Shown: positions 1 to 11,911 of the stretch, one piece after another | Position numbering within the stretch: position 1 is the stretch's first letter | How the letters are laid out: every line of letters begins with the position of its first letter | Assembly (NCBI GenBank): GCA_965213625.1 | Contig: CBDBZU010000004.1 | Coordinates: forward strand, 2,592,001 to 2,656,000 | Direction: 5' to 3' | DNA from: a bacterium | GTDB taxonomy: Bacteria > UBA8248 | Length of the DNA: 64,000 bases | Made by a program: the position numbers and the translations under genes | Notes under the pieces: model-generated | What the model was told of the DNA's origin: nothing | The model's input: the letters and a program-made list of their open reading frames with translations, nothing else | Databases searched by the model: none

Positions 1-260
1 GAGGGCACACCGCCCCCTTCTTACGCCAGACTCCTTATTCCACAACATCTTTTTCGGACCCATATGGCCGTTTTCCATAATAATTCGTGCGCTAAAATCC
101 AGAATACGTCTCAGAAAAACCCGGGTGAATGAATCATCCCGATATCTCAAGTACACGACGCGTGATATTACTGCATGTTTTTCCATCTGGTCAAGGATGA
201 AAACGTAAAATCTTTTGTTTCAAGGCTCTAGCATACTTCAGTGAGCGAAACACCGGTTAT

Positions 261-467
261 TCAACTTTTCTCCATCTTTTCCAGTTGTGTCTTGATAGCG
301 AGTTTTTCTTTTTTAAGGCGTTTTATTTGCTGCTGTTCTTCCGCGGATGGAAACCGAATTTCTTCAAGCGCGCGAATCTTTTCATCTAAAACGGAATGTT
401 CTTTTTTCAAGAGAGCGAGTTCCTCGTCTTCATTCAAAGTTTCTTCCACTTTTTCAGTCGCTTCCAA
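261..467 (-). CDS. DUF465/YdcH-like small coiled-coil protein
   Basis: 68 aa; LKKEHSVLDEKI...IKRLKKEKLAIK pattern typical of DUF465. Confidence 0.75.
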   Translation of the reverse strand: MEATEKVEETLNEDEELALLKKEHSVLDEKIRALEEIRFPSAEEQQQIKRLKKEKLAIKTQLEKMEKS

Positions 468-574
468 TGAAAAGTCTCCTTCCAGGTATATATGGTGAAT
501 ATTTCAGGTTCTCATTTTCGGTTGTATGCGTGTCTGTGAATAATCGTTTAATCTACGAAATGTTGGCGCTTGGA

Positions 575-1318
575 TCAACCCTTCGGATCGGCCCACTTGG
601 TTTGCGCCTGTGATTTCCGGCAATAATTCAGCGATATGTTGTCGCTGCGCGGAGGCGTCTGGCTTTGTAGCGCCCTGTGGGTCAGCCAAGCGGTCGCAGC
701 AGCCGAGGAGTCCACTTCATGATGCCTGATCGTTCCCTGTGAAGCTCCGGAAGCGAAGCACTCGGGTAAACCCTCTTTATCCCCTGCGAGCAACGTGTCG
801 CCACTTTCCGGAGGGCGGAAAGCCTCGGGGGCGATGATTTCATCCTCCCTGACGCGGGAGAGGGCGTTTTCCTTCGATGATTCCTGGTTTTCGGATACTT
901 GAAACAAAGCTGTGAACAATTCCCCGTATCTGGCGTCTCGAAAGGGGAGAATGTAATCGGGCAGTCTGCGGCCCGCGCGCATTTCGTTCAACAGAGCTGC
1001 CATCGCCATGACTTCCAAAGATGAAAATCCATATAACGGACAGCCCCAGCCCAATGAAAGGCCTTTTGCGCAAGCGAGTCCCACCCGCAGTCCGGTGAAC
1101 GTTCCCGGGCCGATGCTCACTCCGATGGCCTGAATCATATTGGCGCGAATATTTCTTGTATTCAGGAGTTGTTCTACTTGTGGCAAAAGAGCCTTGGATA
1201 TACGGATATCATCCGAGAGAAGCGCCTCTTCTTCGGCAGTTCCCGTAGAACAAAAAAGAGAGCACCTTCCTCTCGGGGTCGATGTATCAAGGGCCAGAAT
1301 ATAACGGAGTTCATCCAT
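575..1318 (-). CDS. tsaB: tRNA threonylcarbamoyladenosine biosynthesis protein TsaB
   Basis: N-terminal ILALDTST, GPGTFTGLRVG and DARYGE motifs. Confidence 0.9.
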   Translation of the reverse strand: MDELRYILALDTSTPRGRCSLFCSTGTAEEEALLSDDIRISKALLPQVEQLLNTRNIRANMIQAIGVSIGPGTFTGLRVGLACAKGLSLGWGCPLYGFSSLEVMAMAALLNEMRAGRRLPDYILPFRDARYGELFTALFQVSENQESSKENALSRVREDEIIAPEAFRPPESGDTLLAGDKEGLPECFASGASQGTIRHHEVDSSAAATAWLTHRALQSQTPPRSDNISLNYCRKSQAQTKWADPKG

Positions 1319-1333
1319 GCACGTGCGGGCCCC

Positions 1334-1990
1334 TCAAGGGTTTTTTGAGAGATAGAACGAGAGATGTTCCAGCTCACTACCCAAATCCACGTTTTTCACC
1401 TTTACATTGAGCGGTGTCTGTATTTGGGTGGGTGCAAAATTCAATATGCCGGTAATCCCGGCATTCACGAGCGCCGTACCTACGTTTTGCGCGTTTTCGC
1501 TCGGCACCGCGATGATGCCGATCTTGATTTGTTTTTCTTGCACGACCTGATGCAAATCCGACATCGGCAAAACAGGGAGAGAACCGGTACGGTGCGGGGG
1601 TATTTTTTCAGGAAACTTGTCGAAGACGGCGTCGATCTCAAAGCCATGCGCCAGAAAACCTTTATACGCCAATAGGGCCGTTCCGAGATTGCCCGCTCCG
1701 ACGAGTACGACTTTCCATGTCTGGGTAACGCCCAGAATTTTTTTCAGATTGTCCCTCAACTCCTTGATGTAATAGCCCTTCCCGCGGACGCCGAATTCAC
1801 CGAAATATGCAAGGTCTTTTCTGATTTGCGCTGGTTTGAATCCGCACTGCCGAGCGAGGTCGGCGGAAGCGATGAGCTCGGTTCCCTCACTATTTATCTG
1901 GCCCAGAATCCGGGCGTAGGTGGACAACCGGTTCACGGTAGCCTCGGGAATTTTAGTTTTCGTGTTTTCCCACATCGGCTTCATGCGCAC
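1334..1990 (-). CDS. rex: Redox-sensing transcriptional repressor Rex (start may be 1984 or 1975)
   Basis: IPEATVNRL, QIRKDLAYFGEFGVRGKGY, Rossmann GAGNLG, GILNFAP. Confidence 0.95.
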   Translation of the reverse strand: MRMKPMWENTKTKIPEATVNRLSTYARILGQINSEGTELIASADLARQCGFKPAQIRKDLAYFGEFGVRGKGYYIKELRDNLKKILGVTQTWKVVLVGAGNLGTALLAYKGFLAHGFEIDAVFDKFPEKIPPHRTGSLPVLPMSDLHQVVQEKQIKIGIIAVPSENAQNVGTALVNAGITGILNFAPTQIQTPLNVKVKNVDLGSELEHLSFYLSKNP

Positions 1991-2177
1991 CCTGAATGTA
2001 GAGGCAACCAGAGAATCTCGCAGAGCACGGTGTCTCTCGAGAAAGATTAGATCCTATGCGTTTGGATGAGCAGGGCAAGTGGGGATTGGCCAATTTCGAG
2101 AAAGAAGAAATATCAACTGCTAAGCCAAGCGGTTTGCCTGTGAATCCGCATCCAGGCGGTCTTCGATGAGTAACGCG

Positions 2178-2206
2178 AAAAGGGGGAGCCGTCCGGCCCC
2201 CCCCTT
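2178..2206 (-). terminator. Probable intrinsic terminator after atpE
   Basis: On minus strand a G-rich/C-rich stem (GGGG-GGCC-GGAC-GGCT-CCCCC) followed by TTTT. Confidence 0.55.
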
Positions 2207-2229
2207 GAGTCTCGCGAGTGCTGGTTTAT

Positions 2230-2550
2230 CTAGCCAAGGATGATGATGAGGCAGATAACGAACGTATAAATGACAAGGGACTCGATTAAGGCGAGACCGA
2301 TGATCATCGACACGCGAAGATCTCCGCCGGCTCCCGGGTTGCGCGCCGTGCCGTCCAAGGCGCTGGCGATGCTCCTGCTCTGGGCGAAGGCGCCCGCTGC
2401 GGCGGCGATGGCCAGAGCGAACGAGGAGGAGATCATTCTCCATTTCATAACTTCACCGCTTCCGGCATCGCCGGCTGCGGCGGCGAAGGCATTGGTGGCC
2501 ATGGCTACGAAGCTGGCTAACGTGAATCCGATTATCCCCAAACGTTTCAT
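2230..2550 (-). CDS. atpE: F0F1 ATP synthase subunit c with N-terminal leader extension
   Basis: ARNP loop, ALIESLVIY with ion-binding Glu; follows atpB; RBS AAGGAG. Confidence 0.95.
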   Translation of the reverse strand: MKRLGIIGFTLASFVAMATNAFAAAAGDAGSGEVMKWRMISSSFALAIAAAAGAFAQSRSIASALDGTARNPGAGGDLRVSMIIGLALIESLVIYTFVICLIIILG

Positions 2551-2596
2551 CCCTTACTTCTCCTTGTTGAAGTGATTCCTACATGAACCGTTATCG

Positions 2597-3316
2597 TTAA
2601 TGAGCGTGGGCGGCCTCATGACCATGCTCTTCGTCGTGGTCGTGTCCTTCAAGCGACCCGGCGATATATATCATGGTCAAGAGGGTGAAAACAAAGGCCT
2701 GAATGAAACTTCCGAAAATTACGAACATCTGCATCGCCCAGGGAACGGGCAGGAAAATCTGCAGGCACAGCAGCATCAGAACGCCGAGCACCAACTCCTC
2801 GCCCGTGATGTTCCCGAAAAGGCGCAAAGTGAGTGAAAGCGGACGGCTCAGGTGAGAAATTATCTCGATGGGTATCATGAGCGGCGCCAGCCACATGATG
2901 GGGCCCGTGAAATGCTTGAGATACGCCATGCCGCTTCTCTTGAGTCCCACGTAATGCGTGGCGAAAAACACGGTGAGTGCACAACCCACGTTGGTGTTCA
3001 GGTTGCTCGTCGGCGCCATGAAGCCCGGCAGGATTCCAATGACGTTGCAAAGGAAAATGTAGGTTCCCAGCGTGAATACGAGGGGGAAGAAGGGCCGCCC
3101 CTCATTGCCGAGGGGGCCTTCCATGAAGGCGGAGAAACCATCGAAAATCGCCTCGAAGAGGTTTTGTCCTCCAACGGGTATCTTTTGCAGCGCTTTGGTG
3201 ACGAGCAGTGAGGTCACGATGAGGAACACCATCACCAGCCAGCTGTACACGATGTTGGGATAGGCGGAGAGCCCCGGGTAGATGTCGAAATACAGGAACG
3301 GGTGAAATTTTTCCAT
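2597..3316 (-). CDS. atpB: F0F1 ATP synthase subunit a
   Basis: RPLSLTLRLFGN and IQAFVFTLLTMIY motifs. Confidence 0.97.
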   Translation of the reverse strand: MEKFHPFLYFDIYPGLSAYPNIVYSWLVMVFLIVTSLLVTKALQKIPVGGQNLFEAIFDGFSAFMEGPLGNEGRPFFPLVFTLGTYIFLCNVIGILPGFMAPTSNLNTNVGCALTVFFATHYVGLKRSGMAYLKHFTGPIMWLAPLMIPIEIISHLSRPLSLTLRLFGNITGEELVLGVLMLLCLQIFLPVPWAMQMFVIFGSFIQAFVFTLLTMIYIAGSLEGHDHDEEHGHEAAHAH

Positions 3317-3319
3317 TTG

Positions 3320-3715
3320 TTATGCTCTTGTAGATCCTTGTATTCGCAGGGCGTATCGAGCCCCGTGAATGAATATGGCCAACGGCGGAATGGTTAACCC
3401 TATCACCACGCTCACGACGGGAAGCTCTATCCAGCCTATCGCGAGCGCTACGACGCCCATGAGGGCGATGAAACGCATAATGTATAAAACGTGATGCCAC
3501 CATTTCGGGCGGCTGATGTTTTTTTGAAAAATGCGGGCGAAGTATACATCCATCATCCGAAAACTTCCAAGCGCGCACGCTCCGCCAATCGCTACGCCCA
3601 GGCCCGTTGAAACATCCTTGAGAATCAGTCCCGCCAAGCTCATCAGGGCCAGAATCAGCCAGCCGGAGTTCGATATGCTTCTCAGGATGGATGACGGCGG
3701 GTCTTGGTTTCGCAT
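3320..3715 (-). CDS. atpI: ATP synthase protein I (AtpI-like, 4 TM)
   Basis: Hydrophobic 131 aa ORF between atpZ-like gene and atpB. Confidence 0.7.
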   Translation of the reverse strand: MRNQDPPSSILRSISNSGWLILALMSLAGLILKDVSTGLGVAIGGACALGSFRMMDVYFARIFQKNISRPKWWHHVLYIMRFIALMGVVALAIGWIELPVVSVVIGLTIPPLAIFIHGARYALRIQGSTRA

Positions 3716-3979
3716 TCAGCGGACCCCTCTGATGAGATCGATAAAAGCGGAAACAAAACCCAAAAACAGTCCAACTACCATCGCCCACGGATATGTATCG
3801 ACATAATGATCAATGACATACCCGATGCCGCCGCCTACGAGCGGCGCCGTCACGAAGTTCCAGCCCAGTGCCGCGAGATGCACGTTTCGCACGCCTTTGC
3901 GAATTTTCCTGTCCCGCGCCCTGGCCGGTTTCTTCGCTTGTGGTCCGCGACTCGGCTCTTGAGAAGGATCGGAAGCCAT
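3716..3979 (-). CDS. AtpZ/AtpI (gene 1) family membrane protein
   Basis: GGGIGYVIDHYVDTYPWAMVVGLFLG motif; first gene of the F0 operon. Confidence 0.85.
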   Translation of the reverse strand: MASDPSQEPSRGPQAKKPARARDRKIRKGVRNVHLAALGWNFVTAPLVGGGIGYVIDHYVDTYPWAMVVGLFLGFVSAFIDLIRGVR

Positions 3980-4030
3980 GCCCTTCTTCCTCCCCAGACG
4001 AGAAGTGCGGCAACGAAATTTACGGGCGCG

Positions 4031-4059
4031 AACCTACCAACACGGCACCTGGGTGTCAA
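4031..4059 (-). promoter_or_regulatory. Putative sigma70 promoter of atpZIBE
   Basis: TTGACA - 17 nt - TAGGTT on minus strand, about 50 nt upstream of the start. Confidence 0.55.
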
Positions 4060-4557
4060 GAGAACTCGGGCGTCTCGGCGAGAAAAAAAACATTTGCCCG
4101 CATTTGCCGTCATCGGGCTCCACGCGGGCCATGGCAGAATTCCCCTGCGCCCCGGTGCGGCGGCGTCATTTCCCGGGAAAACAATTTGCATCTATTTATC
4201 GAATAACCCCGTCAATTTATCTTATTTTATCGAAATTTTCAGATTTTATTTTTTGCATTTCGCATAATTCCCGCTTCGCCTGGGCGACCACCTTCCGCTC
4301 CTGCGCTCGGCGCCCGCTTCGCCATCTCAAATACCGTAGGGCCGACGGACGGCCTTTCGAGCATACCTCATCGCCCTGCAAATCCCGTGACGCCAACTGC
4401 GCGCAAATGCGCGGGCGAAGCGTCTCCGTCCGGTCGCGGATTGACGCCCATACATTCCTTTGCTACTCAGAATCGCCCGCCGTTCTCCGGGAAGCGCCGG
4501 GTGAAGCGCATGCAAGAGCCGTCCCGGAATGAACTTATCCGTAAAGCCATACCGTAA

Positions 4558-6762
<2,205 letters not shown>

Positions 6763-6795
6763 GCGGTTAAGGGGAAACGAGGAAAACAGGCTGAA

Positions 6796-6828
6796 ACACC
6801 GGGCCGCGTCTCAGACGCGGCCCGGTGT
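6796..6828. terminator. Perfect 15-bp hairpin after katG (terminator or mRNA-stabilising stem)
   Basis: ACACCGGGCCGCGTC-TCA-GACGCGGCCCGGTGT; no clear U-tract. Confidence 0.45.
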
Positions 6829-6871
6829 CGTATCTCGCCGAATCCACCAGCGGACGGCGCCGTTTGAGAGT

Positions 6872-6954
6872 GTAGGGGCCGCATACATGCGGCCCGGCCT
6901 TTCCGCAGCCCAAAACGGGTCGCATAATATGTCAGACATATATGTCTGACATAC
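6872..6954. repeat. GTAG-type REP doublet
   Basis: GTAGGGGCCGCATACATGCGGCCC plus a second palindrome; homologous copies at 12891 and 17271. Confidence 0.8.
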
Positions 6955-7119
6955 ATCCCGAAGACGAAATGATGGAACACGTTGATCGCATAGGGCGGAC
7001 GCATGGGGCCGCCCCTTCAACCCTCTCCACGTCGGTCGGGCTCGTTCACACCGCCATCATTCCGGCATGCGCCGGATCAAGAACAAGGACCTGCGATTGG
7101 GAAGGTTCGCGAACGCCCC

Positions 7120-8397
7120 TCAACCCGCGGGTTGTGCGGCGGGGTGCGCCACTTCTTCTTTCCTGCTCGGTTTTACTCTGGAAGGGTAGGAGAGCACGAA
7201 GAACAGCGAGGCGACTCCGGTCAGGAAGCTGAACAGGATGGAGAGCGTGTAATTGCCGCTCAGATCGTGCAGCAGCCCGCCCATGAACCCGCCCGTGGCC
7301 ATTCCCGAGCTGGCGCCCGTGATGAAGGCCCCGAACAGGATGCCTATTCTTTTGGGGCCATAGTATTCGCGCGTGACCACGGGGTACATCGTCCCGTGTC
7401 CTCCCATGCCGACCCCGACTACCAGGGCGACGGCATAAAATGCGTAGGTGGAATCAATCCAGAACAGGAAGGGAACAGCCAGTGTCTGCGTCACGAGCGT
7501 AGTGAACAATGCCCATTTCGAGCCGATGCGGTCCGAGAGCACGCCCATGCTGATTCGCCCGATGAGCGTCCCCAGACCCATGACGCCCACCAGACCCGCC
7601 GCCTGCAGGTGCGGTATGCCCGATTCAATCGCGATGGGCACCAGGTGAACGATGAGAACCGAGTGGCACATGCAGTCGGTGGCGTGACTCGAGATGATCA
7701 TCCAGAACGGCCTGCGCTTGAGAATTTCCCGCATTCCCATGGACGCTTCGGGGAGGATCGGGTCGGGTTCTTCCTGTCTGGCCGGGGATTGATTGGAGCC
7801 GTCGCCCGCCCTGGATTGTCTTTGCGGCCTCAGGGACAACGCCGCGGGCACGGCGAGAACGAAAAATATGACGCCCAGGTACAGATATGAGAGTCTCCAT
7901 CCGTGATTGCTGATGAAAAAGCCTGTGAGGGGCGCCAGGATCAAGATGCCGAGACCCGTGCCCGAGCCGGCCAGCCCGGTGGCCAGCCCCCGGTGCCTTG
8001 TCAGGTTGCGCTGAATAAAGGCTTGCACGGGCGTCGCGATGGCCGCGCGACCGGTACCCGCCATCACGCCGGTGAACAGGAAGTAGTGCCACAGGTTCTG
8101 GATGAAGAATGAAAGAAGCAGCGAACCGCCTGCGATCAGGATCCCGACGATCAGCACGGGTCTCGTACCGAATTTATCGGAGAAGCCGCCCGCAATCATC
8201 GAGCAGAACGCTATCATGAACATGTTGAGGGAATACGCTGCCGAGGCCGTCGAGCGGTTCCAGGCGAACTCGTCTACGAGTGGGTTCAGGAATACGCCGA
8301 AAAGAAAATTAAGGCCCGAGAAGAGCCCCATGAGGACAAATGCGGAGACGATGAAAATCCATTGTCCGGGTGAGAATAAACGGTTTCTTTGTTCCAA
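7120..8397 (-). CDS. MFS transporter (OFA/MCT-like)
   Basis: 12-TM pattern, GGFSDKFGTR and GVLSDRIGSK motif-A repeats. Confidence 0.9.
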   Translation of the reverse strand: MEQRNRLFSPGQWIFIVSAFVLMGLFSGLNFLFGVFLNPLVDEFAWNRSTASAAYSLNMFMIAFCSMIAGGFSDKFGTRPVLIVGILIAGGSLLLSFFIQNLWHYFLFTGVMAGTGRAAIATPVQAFIQRNLTRHRGLATGLAGSGTGLGILILAPLTGFFISNHGWRLSYLYLGVIFFVLAVPAALSLRPQRQSRAGDGSNQSPARQEEPDPILPEASMGMREILKRRPFWMIISSHATDCMCHSVLIVHLVPIAIESGIPHLQAAGLVGVMGLGTLIGRISMGVLSDRIGSKWALFTTLVTQTLAVPFLFWIDSTYAFYAVALVVGVGMGGHGTMYPVVTREYYGPKRIGILFGAFITGASSGMATGGFMGGLLHDLSGNYTLSILFSFLTGVASLFFVLSYPSRVKPSRKEEVAHPAAQPAG

Positions 8398-8524
8398 ATA
8401 CGTTTTCCCAAAAATACAGCGGAAATGTTTGAAAGAAACTATGTTCCATTCATCCTAGAAGATGCGGCGCTTGCCCGCAAGCGGAATTGATGAATAAGCC
8501 CTCCTCAGCCGCATTTGACCACCG

Positions 8525-8742
8525 CCGTCATTCCGGTGAAAGCCGGAATCCATTTTCGCCTTTGTCTTTGGCCTTTCGCCCGGACGTTCTCGCGCCCGGC
8601 GAGGAAGATACGGACGCCGCCATATATATCTGCCTCATCCGTTCTGGATTCAGGCGCGGCGAGCCCTCCCGCGAGTCGGAATCAAATGCGAAAACAAGAG
8701 TAAGAATCATAAAATGGATTCCGGCTTTCGCCGGAATGACGG
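8525..8742. repeat. Inverted pair of CGTC-type REP palindromes (REPIN-like)
   Basis: CCGTCATTCCGGTGAAAGCCGGAATCCATTTT at 8525 and its near reverse complement ending 8742. Confidence 0.8.
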
Positions 8743-8836
8743 TGATTTTGCCGCATCGAGGGGGTTTTTCAGCAGACCTTGTCAGGGGGGCATTGTTTTC
8801 TTTACCCCCTGTCAAAGGGGGTAGGGGGTTGCTTTT

Positions 8837-8922
8837 GTAGCGGACAGGCCTCCGTGCCTGTCCCTACGCCCCCCGGTCGGCTCCATAAGCCAACTCACGA
8901 AATCGGGACTTTTTCAACAGCC
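8837..8922 (-). repeat. Composite IS-end-like/REP repeat, copy 1
   Basis: Minus strand GGCTGTTGAAAAAGTCCCGATTTCGTG...CTTATGGAGC...GTAGGGACAGGC..CCTGTCC; homologous to 17136 and 33470. Confidence 0.7.
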
Positions 8923-9044
8923 AGCAAGAGGGCTGGCGGTTCCGCCCGTTTTCCCCAGTCCCCGGTTGCCCTGTCCGCATGCTATCGTGTAAGCAGTTCT
9001 CTTTGCGCCCCTGAACGAAAATCCGGGGCGCGCCGTGGTTCAAC

Positions 9045-10472
9045 ATGGGAAGTAAGAGGATGTCGAAGCGGAATGCGAAGCCTGAGAAGACGAAATCCAT
9101 GAAACCCTGGGGCGGAAGGTTCCGGGGAGGGACGGATGCGCGCGTGGAGGCTTTCACGGAGAGCGTCTCGTTCGACTATCGTCTGGCGCCGTATGACGTC
9201 TTGGCTTCCATCGCCCACGCGGAGATGCTGGGGGCGCAGGGCATCATCACGAAAGCGGATGCGCGGAAAATCGTCTCGGGCCTCAAGGCCATATTGAGGG
9301 AAGTGGAGGCGGGCGAGTTCATATTTCAGGCAGAGCTGGAAGACGTGCACATGAACGTCGAGGCGGCTCTCACGGAGCGAATCGGCGCCGTCGGCGGCAG
9401 GCTGCACACAGCCCGGAGCCGGAACGACCAGGTGGCCACCTCGCTCAGGCTCTGGCTCAGAAGCCGGATAGACGAGATAGGGGACGCGCTGTTGGCGATG
9501 CGGCGCGCCCTGCTCGCCCAGGCGGAGGCGCACGTCGACACGGTGATGCCCGGCTACACGCATTTACAGCGCGCGCAGCCCGTCTCGCTGGCGCATCATC
9601 TGCTCGCGTATTCCCAGATGCTCAGGCGCGACGGGGAGCGGCTCGCCGAAGTGCGCGCCCGCGTGAACGTCCTGCCGTTGGGCGCGGGAGCGCTTGCGGG
9701 CACGAGCCACCCGATAGACAGGAAAATGGTGGCGAAAAAGCTCGGGTTCGCCTCCGTCGCCGAGAACAGCATGGACGCGGTGAGCGACAGGGATTTCGCG
9801 CTCGAATTCGCATCCGCCGCCGCTGTTTCGATGATGCACTTGAGCAGACTGGGCGAGGAGGTCATTCTCTGGGCGAGCGGGGAGTTCGGCTTCGTGGAGC
9901 TTGCGGATTCGTTCGCGACGGGCAGCTCGCTGATGCCCCAGAAGAAAAACCCCGACGTGGCCGAGATCGTCCGGGGCAAGAGCGGGCGCGTTGCCGGAGA
10001 TTTCATCGCCCTGCTCACGTTGATGAAAGGGCTGCCGCTCACCTATAACCGCGATATGCAGGAGGACAAGGAATCCCTGTTCGATGCTGCGGATTCCCTG
10101 CTGGCCTCACTGGAGGTCATGGCGCCCATGGTCGAATCCATGAAGTTTCTGCCCCAAAGAATGGCCCGGGCCGCGGAGGGCGGGTACATGACGGCGACGG
10201 ATTTGGCGGACGCCATGGTGCGGCGCGGGGTGCCCTTCAGGCAGGCGCACGAGGCGGCGGGGCGCGCCGTGCGAATCGCCCTCGAAAAAGGGGTGGCGCT
10301 CGGGGCGTTGAGCGCCGAGGACCTGGAGGAGGCAGGCTCCGGGCTCGACATGGATGATCTGGCGGAAACGGATTTGCAGAAATCCTTGCGTTCGCGGAGC
10401 AGCGCAGGCGGCGCATCGAAGAGAAGCGTGCGGGCGCAGATACGGGCCGAGAAAAAACGACTGGGAATATAG
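9045..10472 (+). CDS. argH: Argininosuccinate lyase (true start may be 9060 or 9099)
   Basis: WGGRF, HTARSRNDQV, MPGYTHLQRAQP, GSSLMPQKKNPD. Confidence 0.97.
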   Translation: MGSKRMSKRNAKPEKTKSMKPWGGRFRGGTDARVEAFTESVSFDYRLAPYDVLASIAHAEMLGAQGIITKADARKIVSGLKAILREVEAGEFIFQAELEDVHMNVEAALTERIGAVGGRLHTARSRNDQVATSLRLWLRSRIDEIGDALLAMRRALLAQAEAHVDTVMPGYTHLQRAQPVSLAHHLLAYSQMLRRDGERLAEVRARVNVLPLGAGALAGTSHPIDRKMVAKKLGFASVAENSMDAVSDRDFALEFASAAAVSMMHLSRLGEEVILWASGEFGFVELADSFATGSSLMPQKKNPDVAEIVRGKSGRVAGDFIALLTLMKGLPLTYNRDMQEDKESLFDAADSLLASLEVMAPMVESMKFLPQRMARAAEGGYMTATDLADAMVRRGVPFRQAHEAAGRAVRIALEKGVALGALSAEDLEEAGSGLDMDDLAETDLQKSLRSRSSAGGASKRSVRAQIRAEKKRLGI

Positions 10473-10473
10473 G

Positions 10474-10593
10474 ATGATGAAGAGAATCTTACTGGCGGGT
10501 GTCCTGATTTTCGGGATGGCCTGCATGGCCGTGGGTTGCGGCGTCAAGGGACCGCCGAAACCACCGAAGAGTCCGGTCGCCAAGAGTTTGTGA
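10474..10593 (+). CDS. lptM: Small lipoprotein LptM/YifL-like
   Basis: 39 aa, lipobox AVGC followed by CGVKGPP; conserved argH-lipoprotein-lysA position. Confidence 0.7.
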   Translation: MMKRILLAGVLIFGMACMAVGCGVKGPPKPPKSPVAKSL

Positions 10594-10633
10594 GAACGCA
10601 AGCTCGGAGGGATCCGGAAGGAGAGTATTCAGA

Positions 10634-11911
10634 ATGCACCATTTCGATTACAAAGACGGGGAGTTGTGCGCCGAAGACGTATCGTTGACGCGGCTGGCGG
10701 AGGAGGTGGGGACGCCTTTATACGTCTACAGTCACGAGACGCTCGCGCGTCATTTCCGCGTCTTCGACGAGGCGTTTGCATCCGTTCCGCATCTCATCTG
10801 CTTCGCCATGAAGAGCAACTCGAACCTGGCGATCCTCAGGCTCTTCGGCGCGATGGGCGGGGGGCTGGATATCGTTTCGGGCGGGGAACTGTTCCGCGCG
10901 GTGAAGGCCGGGATGCCCGTCGACCGGGTCGTGTTCGCGGGCGTCGGCAAGTCGGACGATGAGATCGCCTACGCGATCGAAAAAGGCGTTTTGTTGTTCA
11001 ACGTGGAGAGCGAGGAGGAGCTGGTGAACATCGGCTCGGTGGCGAGCCGCATGGGCAAACAGGCGCAAGTCGCGATTCGGGTGAACCCCGACGTCGACCC
11101 CCAGACCCATCCCTACATCACCACCGGCCTCAAGAAGAGCAAGTTCGGTATCGACATCAATCGGGCGAGGGAGCAGTACCAGACCGCCGCGAATCTCGAT
11201 GGCATCGAACCCACAGGCGTGCACTGTCATATCGGTAGCCAGATCACGTCGAGCAGCCCCTTTGCCGATTCGGTGGAAATCGTGGCGCGCCTGGTGGGCG
11301 AGTTGCGCGGCGACGGGCACGACATCCGCTACCTGAACCTGGGCGGCGGCCTCGGCATCACCTATCAAGACGAGGCGCCGCCGCTGCCGAAAGACTATGC
11401 GGCGGCCATCCTGCCGAAGCTGAAAGATTTGGGATGCACGTTGATCTTCGAACCCGGCCGCGTCATCACGGGCAACGCGGGCATTCTCGTCACGCGCGTG
11501 CTGTACCAGAAGGAAAACCCGGAGAAGCGCTTCGTGATCATCGACGCCGGCATGAACGACCTCATCCGGCCCAGCCTCTATCAGGCCTTCCAGGACGTGT
11601 GGCCCGTAACGGAGGCGGCGCGGGAGAGGCCGAAGCATGTGACGGACCTGGTGGGCCCTGTATGCGAGAGCGGGGACTATCTGGCGAAAGACCGGGATTT
11701 GCCCGAACTTCACCGGGACGAGCTGGTGGCCGTCATGAGTTCGGGCGCGTACGGCTTCACCATGGCGTCGAACTACAACTCGCGCCCCCGGCCGCCCGAG
11801 ATTCTTGTGCGCGGGGATGAGTATCATATAATCAGGGAGCGCGAGTCGTATGACGACCTCATACGCGGCGAGCATATACCGGCATTCATCGAAGAGAGGC
11901 GGATTCCGTGA
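10634..11911 (+). CDS. lysA: Diaminopimelate decarboxylase
   Basis: FAMKSN PLP lysine, HCHIGSQ, EPGR, GPVCESGD, MASNYNSRPRP. Confidence 0.97.
   Translation: MHHFDYKDGELCAEDVSLTRLAEEVGTPLYVYSHETLARHFRVFDEAFASVPHLICFAMKSNSNLAILRLFGAMGGGLDIVSGGELFRAVKAGMPVDRVVFAGVGKSDDEIAYAIEKGVLLFNVESEEELVNIGSVASRMGKQAQVAIRVNPDVDPQTHPYITTGLKKSKFGIDINRAREQYQTAANLDGIEPTGVHCHIGSQITSSSPFADSVEIVARLVGELRGDGHDIRYLNLGGGLGITYQDEAPPLPKDYAAAILPKLKDLGCTLIFEPGRVITGNAGILVTRVLYQKENPEKRFVIIDAGMNDLIRPSLYQAFQDVWPVTEAARERPKHVTDLVGPVCESGDYLAKDRDLPELHRDELVAVMSSGAYGFTMASNYNSRPRPPEILVRGDEYHIIRERESYDDLIRGEHIPAFIEERRIP

Noticed and set aside
8487-8840. Short ORFs containing WIPAFAGMT / VIPAKAGI
   Set aside because: These peptides are translations of the CGTC-type REP palindrome, not genes
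10718-11875. Long antisense ORFs over lysA (likewise over the MFS, ferredoxin, LLM and helicase genes)
   Set aside because: Mirror-frame artefacts of GC-rich coding strands
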